Source: an uncultured Acidimicrobiaceae bacterium (GTDB lineage: Bacteria > Actinomycetota > Acidimicrobiia > Acidimicrobiales > Palsa-688). From it: a stretch of DNA of 64,000 bases. A program made the translations under genes and the position numbers. The notes under the pieces were generated by a model. The model was not told the origin of the DNA. It made no database searches and worked only from the letters and a program-made list of their open reading frames with translations. The DNA is taken from contig CAWEBW010000017.1 of NCBI GenBank assembly GCA_963807395.1, positions 13,187 to 77,186 of the forward strand. Reading direction: 5' to 3'. Each line of letters starts with the position of its first letter. Within the stretch, counting starts at the first letter, position 1. This document shows, piece after piece, positions 11,360 to 22,030 of the stretch.

Positions 11360-12361
11360 TCACCGTCGGCCTACTCCAGCTCGACGCTGCCGCTCAAGCG
11401 ATTCACTCTCTGTCAACGAGTGGGCCTTCCGTTCGGTGGAGAATTGCTTTTTAGCGTCGAAGCTTCGATTCCACAGTCCAGCTGCCCATGCCTCCCCCTG
11501 CTCTTCATCGCTGAAACCTCTACCCCGGGCTGACGCATAGGCATCGAGGAACTTCTGGGTCTCGTCGACGCTCGCCTCAGTTCCGGCGTGCGTGGCTGGA
11601 TACATCGCCGCCGCGAGGCCGACGATCACGGGTTCCGGAGCTGCGATGACGCTGTCCCAGTCGAATGCGGCAAGCAAAGTACCGCCAGCCCAGCGGAGGT
11701 TGGCCGTGTACCAGTCCCCGTGTCCGATGGTCGGTGGTCCTCCAGAAGCTTGGAGCCGATCACGTGCCACCCGGCCCGATTCATCAATCCAGGCCGGTCC
11801 ATACACAGAATTCAGATCGATGTCTCGATCATCGGGCCACGGCCACAGGTCTGTGCCATACCGGGGGAATGTCCACGGGGGCGCTGGCTCCAGCGTGCCC
11901 AACTCTTCCGGCTTGGGGGCCAGAGCAACCAGGTGGGCCAGTGCTTCAGCGAAGGGTTCCGGAGACCGCCCTGATTCGGGGAAGGGGTCGCCGCCGACGG
12001 TCATCTCCTCGGCGCTTGCAACCTGCTCCCCGAAGGGCGCCATGTCGACGAGGAGTTCCGGGCACGGAAATCCCCGCTCGAAGAGGGCACGGTGTGCGCA
12101 AGCACAGGCCACGAGGCGATCCGACGCTCGACGCACCTTCACTACGACCTGTAAGCCCGAGTTCAGTCTGATCCCAATGACGGTGGACAGATGGCCATAG
12201 CGGAACAGTTCCGCATCGATCCCGGAACCGAGATGATTCCGACACCACCGCTCTATCTCCCACGGTTCGACCTGGATCAGCCCGTCCAGCATGACCACAT
12301 TTTGGCCGGTCGGTAGACGTCCAGGGGTCCGGCGGACAATGCACCGCGTAGTGGACAACAT
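11360..12361 (-). CDS. Phosphotransferase (APH-like kinase) family protein, paralogue 1
   Basis: IGHGDWYTANLRW...FDWDS matches the APH/choline-kinase catalytic region. The start codon is uncertain and an internal Met at 12292 is possible. Confidence 0.6.
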   Translation of the reverse strand: MLSTTRCIVRRTPGRLPTGQNVVMLDGLIQVEPWEIERWCRNHLGSGIDAELFRYGHLSTVIGIRLNSGLQVVVKVRRASDRLVACACAHRALFERGFPCPELLVDMAPFGEQVASAEEMTVGGDPFPESGRSPEPFAEALAHLVALAPKPEELGTLEPAPPWTFPRYGTDLWPWPDDRDIDLNSVYGPAWIDESGRVARDRLQASGGPPTIGHGDWYTANLRWAGGTLLAAFDWDSVIAAPEPVIVGLAAAMYPATHAGTEASVDETQKFLDAYASARGRGFSDEEQGEAWAAGLWNRSFDAKKQFSTERKAHSLTESESLERQRRAGVGRR

Positions 12362-12615
12362 GGACTTTGGGCGGCGTTGTGCTCGTAGGACGCTCGAACG
12401 TGAAGCATCTCCTGAGACTGATCCGTCAAGAATCTACTGAGACTTCACATTCGGGTCATCTGACCTTCGGGTTCGGCCCCGAAGGTTTGGACGTAGCCGA
12501 TGCCTACTGCCTCTAGGTCAAGGATCCCCGACCGGACGCGCCGCGTGGGGCAAGTTGTTGGCGCGCTGCGGCTTGGATGCTTCGGTTGCGTGGTCGGGGT
12601 AGCGATCCCAGACGT

Positions 12616-13503
12616 TCAGGTGGCGTCAACAGTGCTGAAGAAGTCGAGAAGAGCGTTTGCCACCTTGTCGGGTGCCTCTAAGGCTGCGTAGTGGCCGACG
12701 CCTTCGATAGTCACTGACCGGACTGGATCGGCGCTGACCTGGCTCAACGCAGCTATGGTGAACTCGCCGCCCCCAGCTCCGACCGCGAGCACCGGGATGC
12801 TCAACTGGTGGGCGGCAACAAGAGTTTTGAGCTCGTCGCCTTCCTGAAGCATGGACTGGTAGAGGCCGATCGCTCCTTGCCAGCCATCGGGACGCGAGTA
12901 GGTGCGGACGAACTCGTCGATGTCGGTATCGCTGATCGCTCCGGGGGTGGCGCTCATGGCCGGAAAGGCGAACTTTCCGAGGAACTCCCGCTCGCGACCG
13001 GCGAGGAGCATCTCGGCGATCCCGGGGGCGGCAAGAAAGCCGATGTGCCAGGTACCCCCGTGGGTGACGTCGGCCAGCATCTCAAGGCCGAACCCGGGTA
13101 AGCCCATCTCGATGCCGGTGAAGCTGAGCACATCTTCGGGGTGCGTAGCGGCGAGACGCAAGACAGTCGCCCCGCTGATGTCCTGCCCGGTGAGGTGCAC
13201 TCGGCCAACGTTAAGCTTTTCAATCAGGAGGTGCAGGTCCTCAGCGGAGGTCTTGCTGTCGTAGGGGCCTGGCCCGTTGTCAGAATCGCCGAACCCGCGC
13301 AGATCGACTGCATAGACACGGTGGCTGGCGGCGAGCAGCGGGATGAGCTTGCGGAAGGTCCACCACGTCTCCGGGAACCCATGGACCAGCAGAACTGGAG
13401 TTCCTTCGGTACCCGCCGCCACGTAGTGCAGCTCGGTCCCGTCGACCTTGGCGTAATGGTGCGTGACCCCGGCCAGTGAGGCCTGCTCGGCAGTTGCGGT
13501 CAT
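12616..13503 (-). CDS. Alpha/beta hydrolase (epoxide hydrolase / haloalkane dehalogenase-like)
   Basis: Motifs LLVHGFPETWW, the nucleophile elbow LTGQDISG and a C-terminal GHY. Start at MTATAEQ after GGGAG. Confidence 0.8.
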   Translation of the reverse strand: MTATAEQASLAGVTHHYAKVDGTELHYVAAGTEGTPVLLVHGFPETWWTFRKLIPLLAASHRVYAVDLRGFGDSDNGPGPYDSKTSAEDLHLLIEKLNVGRVHLTGQDISGATVLRLAATHPEDVLSFTGIEMGLPGFGLEMLADVTHGGTWHIGFLAAPGIAEMLLAGREREFLGKFAFPAMSATPGAISDTDIDEFVRTYSRPDGWQGAIGLYQSMLQEGDELKTLVAAHQLSIPVLAVGAGGGEFTIAALSQVSADPVRSVTIEGVGHYAALEAPDKVANALLDFFSTVDAT

Positions 13504-13606
13504 GTCAATCTCCCTTTGAATCGTGAACCCAGAATCGTCAACCTGGTTGTCCAAGAGTAGACAACCCGGTTGACCTTGTCAAGACGTCTGCTTTACGATC
13601 AGCTCC

Positions 13607-14086
13607 ATGTCACGCTCGGGCGCCGACCTCGCACTGCTCCTCCTCGGAGGATTTCGAGTTCTGGTTGACGATGCGATCGTGGAGCTCGCCGAACGCGGAT
13701 ACGAAGATGTGCGCCCCGTCCATGATTTCGCGATGCGAGCCATCGCGGCCGGCGCCGACAATGCTTCGGAGCTGGGTCGCCGTCTGTCGGTCTCCAAGCA
13801 AGCGGCGGCAAAGACTGTGGCGGTGCTTGAGGAGCGCGGCTACGTGGCACGCGGTGCCGATCCGCTCGACGCCCGTCGCAAACGCCTTCAGGTCACGGCG
13901 CTCGGCTTCGAAGTCATGCGAGTCGGCGAAGCCGTCTTCGACGAATTACGCGACAAGTGGAAGCGGAAGATCGGCGCCAAGCAGCTCGAGCGCCTTGAGT
14001 CTGACCTGGCGACCCTGGTCGGGGCATCGCGGGTGCGTTTCGATTCCCCCGGCTGGATCGCCAACAGCCTCGACGAGACCCCATAA
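13607..14086 (+). CDS. MarR family transcriptional regulator
   Basis: A 159-aa winged-HTH protein (ASELGRRLSVSKQAAAKTVAVLEERGYV) divergent from the hydrolase gene. Confidence 0.8.
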   Translation: MSRSGADLALLLLGGFRVLVDDAIVELAERGYEDVRPVHDFAMRAIAAGADNASELGRRLSVSKQAAAKTVAVLEERGYVARGADPLDARRKRLQVTALGFEVMRVGEAVFDELRDKWKRKIGAKQLERLESDLATLVGASRVRFDSPGWIANSLDETP

Positions 14087-14234
14087 CGGTCATCCACCTG
14101 GTTCCTCCGGCCGAGAGCATCAGTGACACGACACTGTATCTCGGGACCCACGAAGTCGTGCCCGCCATCCGTGAAGCGATCGCCACACGCTAAGCCGCCA
14201 GCCGGCTCACTCGTCGGGCCACAACCCGAAGATA

Positions 14235-14291
14235 GCCCTGGCCCTGGCCCTCGCCATCGCCATCGCCCTCGCCCTCGCCCTCGCCATCGCC
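14235..14291. repeat. Imperfect hexanucleotide microsatellite (GCCNTS), about 9.5 units
   Basis: The tract GCCCTG GCCCTG GCCCTC GCCATC GCCATC GCCCTC GCCCTC GCCCTC GCCATC can be read directly. Confidence 0.85.
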
Positions 14292-14390
14292 GAAGAGTTT
14301 GGGCAGTCGGAGCCGAGCGATGAGGTGCGGATCTACGTTCGATTCGCGCTCCACATCCTCTGCTCGCCTCTGATCACCCGGACCCGGTGC

Positions 14391-14795
14391 TTAGCGCGGG
14401 ATTCCGAATCCTCGACCACGGCTGGCATCAGTATGCGGAGCATGCGGGCGTCCCCGAGTCGTCCCAACGGCGGCAGCTGTCAGGTCCGTGATCCGATTGT
14501 GACAGCCCCTAGCGATGCCAGCCGCGGGATCCAATCGCCGGATGGTGTAGCGACGACGGAGGGTCAGGTCGCCATCGGGGAACTCGAACAAGAGGTCCTG
14601 CCCTGGCGTGTGCTCGAATCCCACGAGATCGGACGAGGCCATGGTGATGAGTCGCACGTGCGGCGCGAGTTCGTCTACCCCGACCACTTCGAGATCGAGC
14701 AGATAGGACCCTTTCAAGCGCCCATTGAACATCTCCTCGGGAACAGGCCGACGGGTGCTGACGCGGGGTAGTTCAGGCATCGAGTACTCCTTCAT
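14391..14795 (-). pseudogene. Siderophore-interacting (FAD-binding) protein-like N-terminal fragment
   Basis: HVRLITM...GQDLLFEFPDGDLTLRRRYTIRR resembles the SIP FAD-binding domain. I could not follow the NAD-binding half downstream in any frame. Confidence 0.4.
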
Positions 14796-14844
14796 GTGGC
14801 GGCGTTGCCGCGGTTTGGAGGGGGACAGTTAGATCGTCGGAGAA

Positions 14845-15528
14845 TCACGCGACTGCCCTCCTGAAGACGCTCGTCGCCCAGGCGAGAACCAATGCGCACA
14901 AGGGGACGACAACCGCGAATGCCTGCCAGACGTGGTCGCTCGAGAAGGTGCCGGCACCGAGCGCCCGTGCCCCTTCGACGACGTAGTAGAGGGGATCAAA
15001 GTGGGCGACCACCCGCAGCCACGTCGGACCGAACGAGATCGGCAAGAGCACACCGGCGAGGAGCAGGGCGGGCAGGTTCAGGAGGTTCATGACGGAGGCA
15101 AAGGCGTCGATCTCCTTGATCGTCAGCGCCATCGCGACCGACCAGGCGGACATCATCACCATGAAGACCCCGATGAGCACGGCGAGCACGAGCAGCCCGC
15201 CCCAGTGGATCTGGAAGCCGAACCCGTACGCGACGGCGACCGCGATGGCGTCGAAGAAGAACATGAAGGTCATCGCGGAGACGAGCGGTCCGGCGAGAAT
15301 CGCCAAGCGGCTCGCCGGGGTCACCCGGAAGCGCTCGATGACGCCGGATCGAAGCTCGAAGATCGTGCCGAATCCCTGGGCGGTGCCGCTCGCGAACGCG
15401 AGGAGCGCGAGGATGCCGGGAAAAAAGACGTCGAGCACCGCTCCGGTCGACCCAGCTCGCGTAAAGTGCTTGAGCAGCGGCGTGAACAGCACGAGATAGA
15501 GCACCGGCGCTGAGAGCCCGACGAACAT
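14845..15528 (-). CDS. ABC-2 type transporter permease
   Basis: A 227-aa protein with about 6 TM helices, directly downstream of the ABC ATPase. Confidence 0.75.
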   Translation of the reverse strand: MFVGLSAPVLYLVLFTPLLKHFTRAGSTGAVLDVFFPGILALLAFASGTAQGFGTIFELRSGVIERFRVTPASRLAILAGPLVSAMTFMFFFDAIAVAVAYGFGFQIHWGGLLVLAVLIGVFMVMMSAWSVAMALTIKEIDAFASVMNLLNLPALLLAGVLLPISFGPTWLRVVAHFDPLYYVVEGARALGAGTFSSDHVWQAFAVVVPLCALVLAWATSVFRRAVA

Positions 15529-15597
15529 CCACGTCGGATTGCGCAGCTGCTGGGTGAAATGCCGCTGGAAAGAGCAGGCCGGTGTCTTTCAGGGTTC

Positions 15598-16581
15598 TCA
15601 CGCCGCCACCTCCGAGTAATGGCCGGTGTCTCGCAGCAACCGGCCCGTATAGCGCAAGAACACGTCGTCCAACGTGGGCTCCGAGAGGCTGATCGACTTC
15701 AGCGCGATCTGCTCCCGATCGAGCAGTCGGAGAAGCTCGGGCAACGCGGCGCTGCCGTCCTCTACGTAGAGACGCAGCCCGCCGTCCTCGACGCCAATCT
15801 CCCGGATGAACGGCTCGGTTCGCAGAAGCGCGCGCGCCCGTTCGACGAGCCCGTCGTCAACAAGGCCGAGCACCACCGAATCGCCGACGACCTCGCGCTT
15901 GAGCTCGCGAGGGGTCCCCTCGGCGACGATCGAGCCGTGGTCCATGATCGTCAGCCGGTCACAGAGGGCATCCGCTTCTTCCAGATAGTGCGTGGTCAAA
16001 AAGACCGTCGACCCGCGGTCTCTTGGATGGCCCGGATGTGATCCCACAGGTTCGCCCGGTTCTGCGGATCGAGGCCGGTGGTGGGCTCGTCGAGGAACAA
16101 GACCTCGGGTTGGTGAATGAGCCCGAGAGCGACGTCGAGGCGCGCGGCGCTGGCCTCCCGAGTAGGTCGCGACCTTCCGATCGGCGAATTCGGTGAGATC
16201 GAGCACCGCGGCGAGCTCTTTCGCCCGCTGGCGCACGGAGTCGAGATCCCCTCCGTAGAGGCGGCCCTGGAGGATGAGGTTCTCCCAGCCAGTCGACAGG
16301 TCGTCGGCGCCACCCGCCTGGCTGACGTAGCCGATCCGTTGACGCACTTGCTTCGGCTCGTGCGCGACGTCGGAGCCGGCCACGCTCGCCGTGCCCGAGT
16401 CGATGGGCAACAGCGTCGTGAGCATCCGGAGCGTCGTCGTCTTTCCGGCTCCGTTCGGTCCGAGGAAGCCGAAGATCTCGCCCCGACCGACCTCGAAGCT
16501 GACGCCTTGGACCGCTTCGACGCTTGCTTTCCTGCCGCGGAAGCTCTTGCGAAGATCCTCCGTCGTGATGACTGCTTCCAT
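15598..16581 (-). CDS. ABC transporter ATP-binding protein (DrrA-like) with two compensating frame shifts (about 16145 and about 16013)
   Basis: Walker A is GPNGAGKTT and the signature is YSGGQRR. Walker B and the D-loop (LDVALGLIHQPEVLFLDEPTTGLDP) are only readable in the alternative frame (ORF 15996..16313). The frame returns at TVFLTTHYLEEAD. Confidence 0.8.
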   Translation of the reverse strand: MEAVITTEDLRKSFRGRKASVEAVQGVSFEVGRGEIFGFLGPNGAGKTTTLRMLTTLLPIDSGTASVAGSDVAHEPKQVRQRIGYVSQAGGADDLSTGWENLILQGRLYGGDLDSVRQRAKELAAVLDLTEFADRKVATYSGGQRRAPRRRSRAHSPTRGLVPRRAHHRPRSAEPGEPVGSHPGHPRDRGSTVFLTTHYLEEADALCDRLTIMDHGSIVAEGTPRELKREVVGDSVVLGLVDDGLVERARALLRTEPFIREIGVEDGGLRLYVEDGSAALPELLRLLDREQIALKSISLSEPTLDDVFLRYTGRLLRDTGHYSEVAA

Positions 16582-16714
16582 CTTCACTCTCCTCGCTCGA
16601 ACGGGTGGCCAGGTGTTCAGGGTCAAAAGGTGGTGGCAATGAACAGGGGCCATTTGCCGTCTGCGCACTCTGGGAGCGATGGGTCGATAGATTTGCGTCA
16701 CCGAGTTGTTCTCA

Positions 16715-18270
16715 TCACACAGGCGAGCCCACTGGCTCTGTCGGTGCTGGTGCCGGTTGGTGGTGTGAGACCACGAAGTCCCGACGTCGGATGAGGACAC
16801 CGGAACAGGCCGCTCCGACAAGGGCTAGGACAGCGCTGACGACGAGCAGAACGTCGAGCGCACTGGCGAAGCTGGCGTGAATGGCCGCGACAAGTGGTGC
16901 TCGCGATCGGGGCAGGCACGGCGTTGATGGCCTGAGCGGCGTTGCCCTGTTGAATGGCGGTGACGACTCCGGGCAGGTGCCGCTCTAGGGATGGGATGCT
17001 GGCGAGGGCCTGGCCCAAGTTCTGGTGGAGAGCGGATGCGAAGATCGACCCGTAGACGGCGATGCCGGTGGCGATGCCGATCTCGCGGAAGGTGGTGTTG
17101 ACGCCTGAGGCCATGCCGGAGCGCTGGGGGGCGACGACACCGACGGCCGTGGAAGCGAGTGGCGGGTTGACGATCCCGCTGCCGATGCCGGCCACGATGA
17201 AGCCAGGGATCAGGTGGGTCCAGGAACTGCTGCCGTCGAGCCCGGTCATGAGCAGCAAACCCACCCCGGTCAGCAGGAGGCCCGGCCCGATGAGCCAACG
17301 GACGGGTATGCGATCGCTGAACGCCCCGGCGAACATCGACGAGACAATCGACGTCCCACTAATGAGCAGGAGCCGAACGCCGGTCGCCACAGCGGAGTAG
17401 CCGAGGTCGTCTTGGAGGTAGAGGACGAGGTACAAGAACATCGCGTAGAGCGAACCGTTCAAGGCAAAGGCCGCAGCCAATCCACCGCTGAAGGTGGGGA
17501 TACGGAACAGCGACAGATCGAACAGCGGGTGCTCGGCTCGGCGTTCCACCGCCACGAACGCAACGAAGAACACAACGGCGAGAGCGAGGCAGATAGCGAC
17601 CCCGGTGTCGCTCCAAGCCAACTCGCCAGCGCGGATCAAGCCATAGACCAGACTGACCAATCCGGCGGTGAGGGTGGCGAACCCGGCCCAGTCCGGCCGG
17701 GCTCGCATGTGGCGTCTTGAACTCATCCACCTGCCACCGAGTGACGACAAGCGCGGCCACACCGACCGGCAGGTTGACCAAGAAGATGCCCCGCCAGCTG
17801 ATGCCGGTGGTGATGACCCCGCCCAGTACTGGTCCGAGTCCGGCGGCCACCCCAGTGACCGCACCCCAGATTCCAAAGGCCATCCCCCGCTCTTTGCCGT
17901 GGAAGCTCTGAGCCAGAAGAGCCAGCGAGGTGGCGAACAGGATCGCCCCGCCGATGCCTTGGGCGCTGCGGGAAAGGATCAACATGATCGGCGACTGGGC
18001 GATCCCGCAGAGCAGCGAGCCGAGGGTGAAGACAACGAGACCGACGGTGAACAGAAGTCGTTGCCCGTAACGGTCGGCCAGCGAACCGGCGGTCAGCAGC
18101 ACCGACGCCAAGCGTCAGGGCGTAGGCGTCGATGACCCACTGCACGTCACTGAAGCTGGCGTGCAGTTCCGACTGGATGGTCGGCAAGGCGACGATCACG
18201 ATGGTGATGTCCAACAGCAACATGAAGGTGGCTGCGCACACCACGACCAAGGTCCACCACTTCTTTTCCA
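16715..18270 (-). CDS. MFS transporter (DHA2/EmrB-like, 14-TMS type) with at least 3 frame disruptions (about 18110, 17720 and 16890)
   Basis: The protein can be followed across three listed ORFs (MEKKWWTLVVVCAATFMLLLD...; ...LTAGSLADRYGQR...; ...DWAGFATLTAG...). I hand-translated the C-terminus (PLVAAIHASFASALDVLLVVSAL...). Confidence 0.7.
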
Positions 18271-18346
18271 TGACCTGTAGCTTGCGGCGCCGAACGGGCA
18301 GGCCGCCACAGATTTGTAGATATCTGCATGCTTTCGACCATGTACT

Positions 18347-19346
18347 ATGATGATTTGCATGGGATCCGTCAGCCTTGATGTCTTGGACCGAAGAATCATT
18401 CACGCGCTTTACGTCGACCCCCGAGCGCCGTTCAGCCGCTTGGCTGAGGTCCTCGGATCGTCCGAGCCGACCGTCTCCCGTCGCTACCGGCGTCTGTTCG
18501 ACGGTCGCATTCTCCGCGTGGTGGGCCAGCTCGACTCCCAGCGGATCGGCCAGTACGACTGGGCCGTCCGCATCCGTTGCGCTCCGGGGTCCGCACCGAC
18601 CGTCGCCACCAAACTCGCGCAGCATCCGGACACTTCCTGGGTGCAGCTGACCTCGGGGGGAACCGAGATCTTCAGCATGATTCACTCACGCGACGGCGAA
18701 CAGGGAACTCCACTGCTGCTCAGCCAGCTCTCGGTCGGTCGACAGGTCGTCGACTACGAGGCCTACTGTCTCCTCCACCTTTTCGCCACTGGATTGTCGG
18801 CTCCGCCTGGCCCGAGCGACCTCAGCCGCGGGGAGATTGCCCAACTCCTCTCTCCGGCACGAGACAGGCCGTCGATCGATCGCCCGAAGGCCAAGGTGCA
18901 GGACTCCGACTGGCCGCTCGTCCAGGCCCTTGCGGACGACGGCCGCGCTCCCTATCGGCAGTTGGCAGCGCGCACGCACTGGCACGAGTCGACCGTCCGA
19001 CGGCGAGTCGAGGAACTCATTGCCTCGGGCGTCCTCTTCTTCGACTTGGACCTCGCCAGCGACGCCTTTGGGATCCGCTCTCAGGCCCTGTTGTGGATGT
19101 CGGTGGCCCCCTCGAAACCTGAGAGACATCGGACAGGCCTTGGCCAGCCGCCCCGAATTTCCCTTTGTCGCCGCCACCAGCGGATCCACCAACCTGGTCG
19201 CGGCGCTGGTCTGCCCAGACGACCGCTCGCTCTATGAGTACCTCACCGACGAAATGACCGCCCTTGACGGCCTCACCCACATCGAAACCGCCCCCGTGAT
19301 GCAATTCGTCAAGATGCACGCCACCATGGCCCTGCGCCAACGATGA
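18347..19346 (+). CDS. Lrp/AsnC family regulator (tandem-domain type) with an apparent frameshift near 19110
   Basis: There are two HTH_AsnC-like segments (LDRRIIHALYVDPRAPFSRLAEVLGSSEPTVSRR and DWPLVQALADDGRAPYRQLAARTHWHESTVRRR). The C-terminus continues in ORF 18837..19346. Confidence 0.7.
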
Positions 19347-19531
19347 CGGGAGCGACGGTCAACCGGCCTCGGACCCTCGCCTCTCCCGACTGGGCGATCG
19401 CGCGGGACACCGACCCGCGACCGGAGGTGGCCGACCAGGTGCCTCGCCGTTCCCCTCAACCTGCCGGGCGTCATCTCCGCCGAAGTCGAGATCGCAGTGC
19501 ACAAACCGTCAATCACTTTGATCAAGGCAAC

Positions 19532-19562
19532 TGCATAGGCATGCACAGGGCATGCCTATGCA
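19532..19562. other. Perfect 12-bp inverted repeat (TGCATAGGCATG N7 CATGCCTATGCA)
   Basis: Read directly, about 190 bp downstream of the Lrp gene. It may be an operator or a hairpin. No T-tract follows. Confidence 0.5.
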
Positions 19563-19842
19563 CTGCTCCGCCCGACCGCGCCTCGGCCGCGACGCCGCAG
19601 CGTACGGGCCGCCCGCCTCCGCGCCACCCTGCATATGCTGCGTACGCAAGGGCTGAGTAGGTCCCCAGAAACTGTCCCCATAAACACAGAAGCCGCCGAC
19701 CAAACATGCTGGTCAGCGGCCTGTGCATACGCAAGAAGGCGCGGAAAACGCCAGTACTTGGTGGCGGGGGAGAACTGGGAATGAACGACCGCCGAGTTAT
19801 GAGCCGAACGAACTTGCGGCACCTGGAGCAGGCTCTCCCCGC

Positions 19843-19989
19843 TCAGGTGTCAAGAAAATCCCACTCACTCCCGAGCACCCAGCGCAAGGCAGAGAGTTTT
19901 CCGTGAACGAATCCCCATCCCCAGTCATCCCATGGCCCGACGTTGTCGACCCCGTATCGTTCTTCAATCTCCCGCATGGCTTCGCTCAT
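19843..19989 (-). CDS. Small conserved-looking protein (48 aa), below the ORF-track length cut-off
   Basis: Hand translation gives MSEAMREIEERYGVDNVGPWDDWGWGFVHGKLSALRWVLGSEWDFLDT*. I recall the GPWDD..WG...GKLSALRWVLG.EWD.LDT pattern from small bacterial proteins. The N-terminus may be truncated. Confidence 0.45.
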   Translation of the reverse strand: MSEAMREIEERYGVDNVGPWDDWGWGFVHGKLSALRWVLGSEWDFLDT

Positions 19990-20009
19990 GCGCTCCTCTG
20001 TGGCGACAC

Positions 20010-20290
20010 ACCGGTGGCTCAGGCCTGCTGGCCACCCAGACCCTCGAGATGTACAACGCCGTCTTCGACACCAACGTCCGCGGCACGTTCCTTTGTCTGA
20101 GGCACGAGCTGCGCGTCATGACCGAACAGGGCTTCGGCAGCATTGTCAACCTCTCCTCCACCTTTGGCGAGCGGGGTGGCGCTGGCGCCGCTTCGTACAG
20201 CGCCAGCAAGCACGCGGTAAACGGTTTCACGCGTTCCGCGGCGCTCGAGGTGGCCGCCAAGGGTATCCCCGTCAACGCTGCCGCCGCAAC
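20010..20290 (+). pseudogene. SDR-family oxidoreductase internal fragment
   Basis: The fragment reads VFDTNVRGTFLCLRHELRVMTEQGFGSIVNLSSTFGERGGAGAASYSASKHAVNGFTRSAALEVAAKGIPVNA. It contains the YxxxK catalytic motif but has no N-terminal Rossmann part and a degenerate tail. Confidence 0.55.
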
Positions 20291-20824
20291 GTTCGTTTCC
20301 AAGTTAGTGTCCACGCCCGCCGGTCACAACCCGCGCCGGGTCTACGATCGTGATTGCCATCCCTTATCTCCTTTTTCTCAAGGGGTGGCACGCGCTGCAC
20401 CAGGTGTGCGGCGCCGGTGCGATCGCCTTGTTGGAGCAGGGCGGTCCGCCGCACCCAAGGCCCGGCTCGTGCCACTGGAACCCTGGTGCCGGCCGGCAGA
20501 TCGAATCTAAAGACAGGCTGACCGTAAGCCGATTATCGAGCCAGGCCGGGACCAGGTAAGGCTGACCGTACTAGGCTTCACCGTGGCGGTGGTGGATCCT
20601 CTGGAGAGCCTCTATTTCATACCCCCTGACATCAAATAGGTACTCGTCGGCCACCACACGATGAGGTTGCGACTGCCGAACGGGATGTCCAACTATGTGC
20701 TCGTCTTAGGCGCTGCCAGTCGATCCCAGTCGGGGGAGATGCTTCTTGCGGTTAGCTCGCTACGCTTGTCCTCAAACAACGGCCCCGCGTTACTTTGATG
20801 GTCCCACGCGAGGCACTTGCCTGA

Positions 20825-21843
20825 GTGGTCAAGCGATGCGAGGCGAAGTTGGACGACGAGGCAACTGGGTTGGAACAAGCCGTTTTCGGCGATATAAGCC
20901 GCGAACAGATCGACGCGTGGCTGATCTCCCATGTCAGGGCCAGGTTGTCGGCCGACGTGTCGAGTGTCCTTTTTCGTTCCGGGCGGGTCGGGGCGGTTTA
21001 TGGCCTGCGACTTTCCGACGGCGGTAACGTCGTCGTCAAGGTCCACCGCAAAGAGGTCTTCCGGGACCATCTCTCCGCCGCCTCAGCGTGCCAGCGGGTG
21101 CTAGCCGATGCCGGCTACCCATGCCCGTTGCCCCTGGACGGCCCAGCCGTCAGCGCAGGCCATATAGCGACGATCGAGGCCTGGCTTGACGGGGGTGAGC
21201 CCGGCAACGCACACCAACCAGTCATCAGAAAGACGATGGCTAAATCCCTGGCCATGCAGCCGGAGATCCTCCGAGCGATGCCCGCCGACATCTTGGCCAG
21301 AAACCCGCCGGCGTGGGCCTCGTACGCCGGAGGCCCGTGGCCGACGCCTCACGATCCCATCTTCGACTTCACCAAGACCGAGCCTGGCTACCAGTGGCTC
21401 GACGACTTGGCTGCCGAGGCGGCCCGTGCGTTGGGGCCACCCACGGCCCCCGAAGTCATCGGCCATAGCGACTGGGTGTGCCAGAACGTTCGCTTTGCCC
21501 ATGGAGAAGTGGTCGCCTCCTACGACTGGGACAGTCTCATCGGCCAGTCGGAGGCCGTGCTGGCCGGTTTTGGTGCCGGCAGCTTCACAGAGGGCAGCAC
21601 CGCCGGGGCGAGTGCTCCCACCCCCGAGGAAGTGGCTGGCTTCTTGGCCGATTACGACGGCTCTCTGGAGCGGCGGTTTACGGGGCAGCAGCGGGTTGTC
21701 GCCGCCCGGCCGCCACCTGGGTGATCGCCTACAACGCCCGGTGCGGGGTCTGCCTGGAGACGCTCGGGTACGAAGTGGACGCTGGCTCCCCGCTCCGGGT
21801 GCTCGAGCGTCACCGCGGCGATTACCTGCGGGTGCTCTGGTAA
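20825..21843 (+). CDS. Phosphotransferase (APH-like) family protein, paralogue 2, with an apparent frameshift near 21700
   Basis: IGHSDWVCQNVRF...YDWDS parallels paralogue 1. The C-terminus (WVIAYNARC...YLRVLW) is in ORF 21478..21843. Confidence 0.6.
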
Positions 21844-22030
21844 TGAGGCCGACCCAGCGGCCCGGTGACGACTGGTCGCTTCTCAGTTGCCAAGGCGACC
21901 GAACCTACGGCCTAACCACTCTCAATGGCCTACACAATTCCCGTAATTGCGCAGGACGTTCCGGCTGCGCTACCGAACTGGCGCACATACATAACGAGAC
22001 ATATCGAGCGCGTCGGTTAGGGTCCCATTC

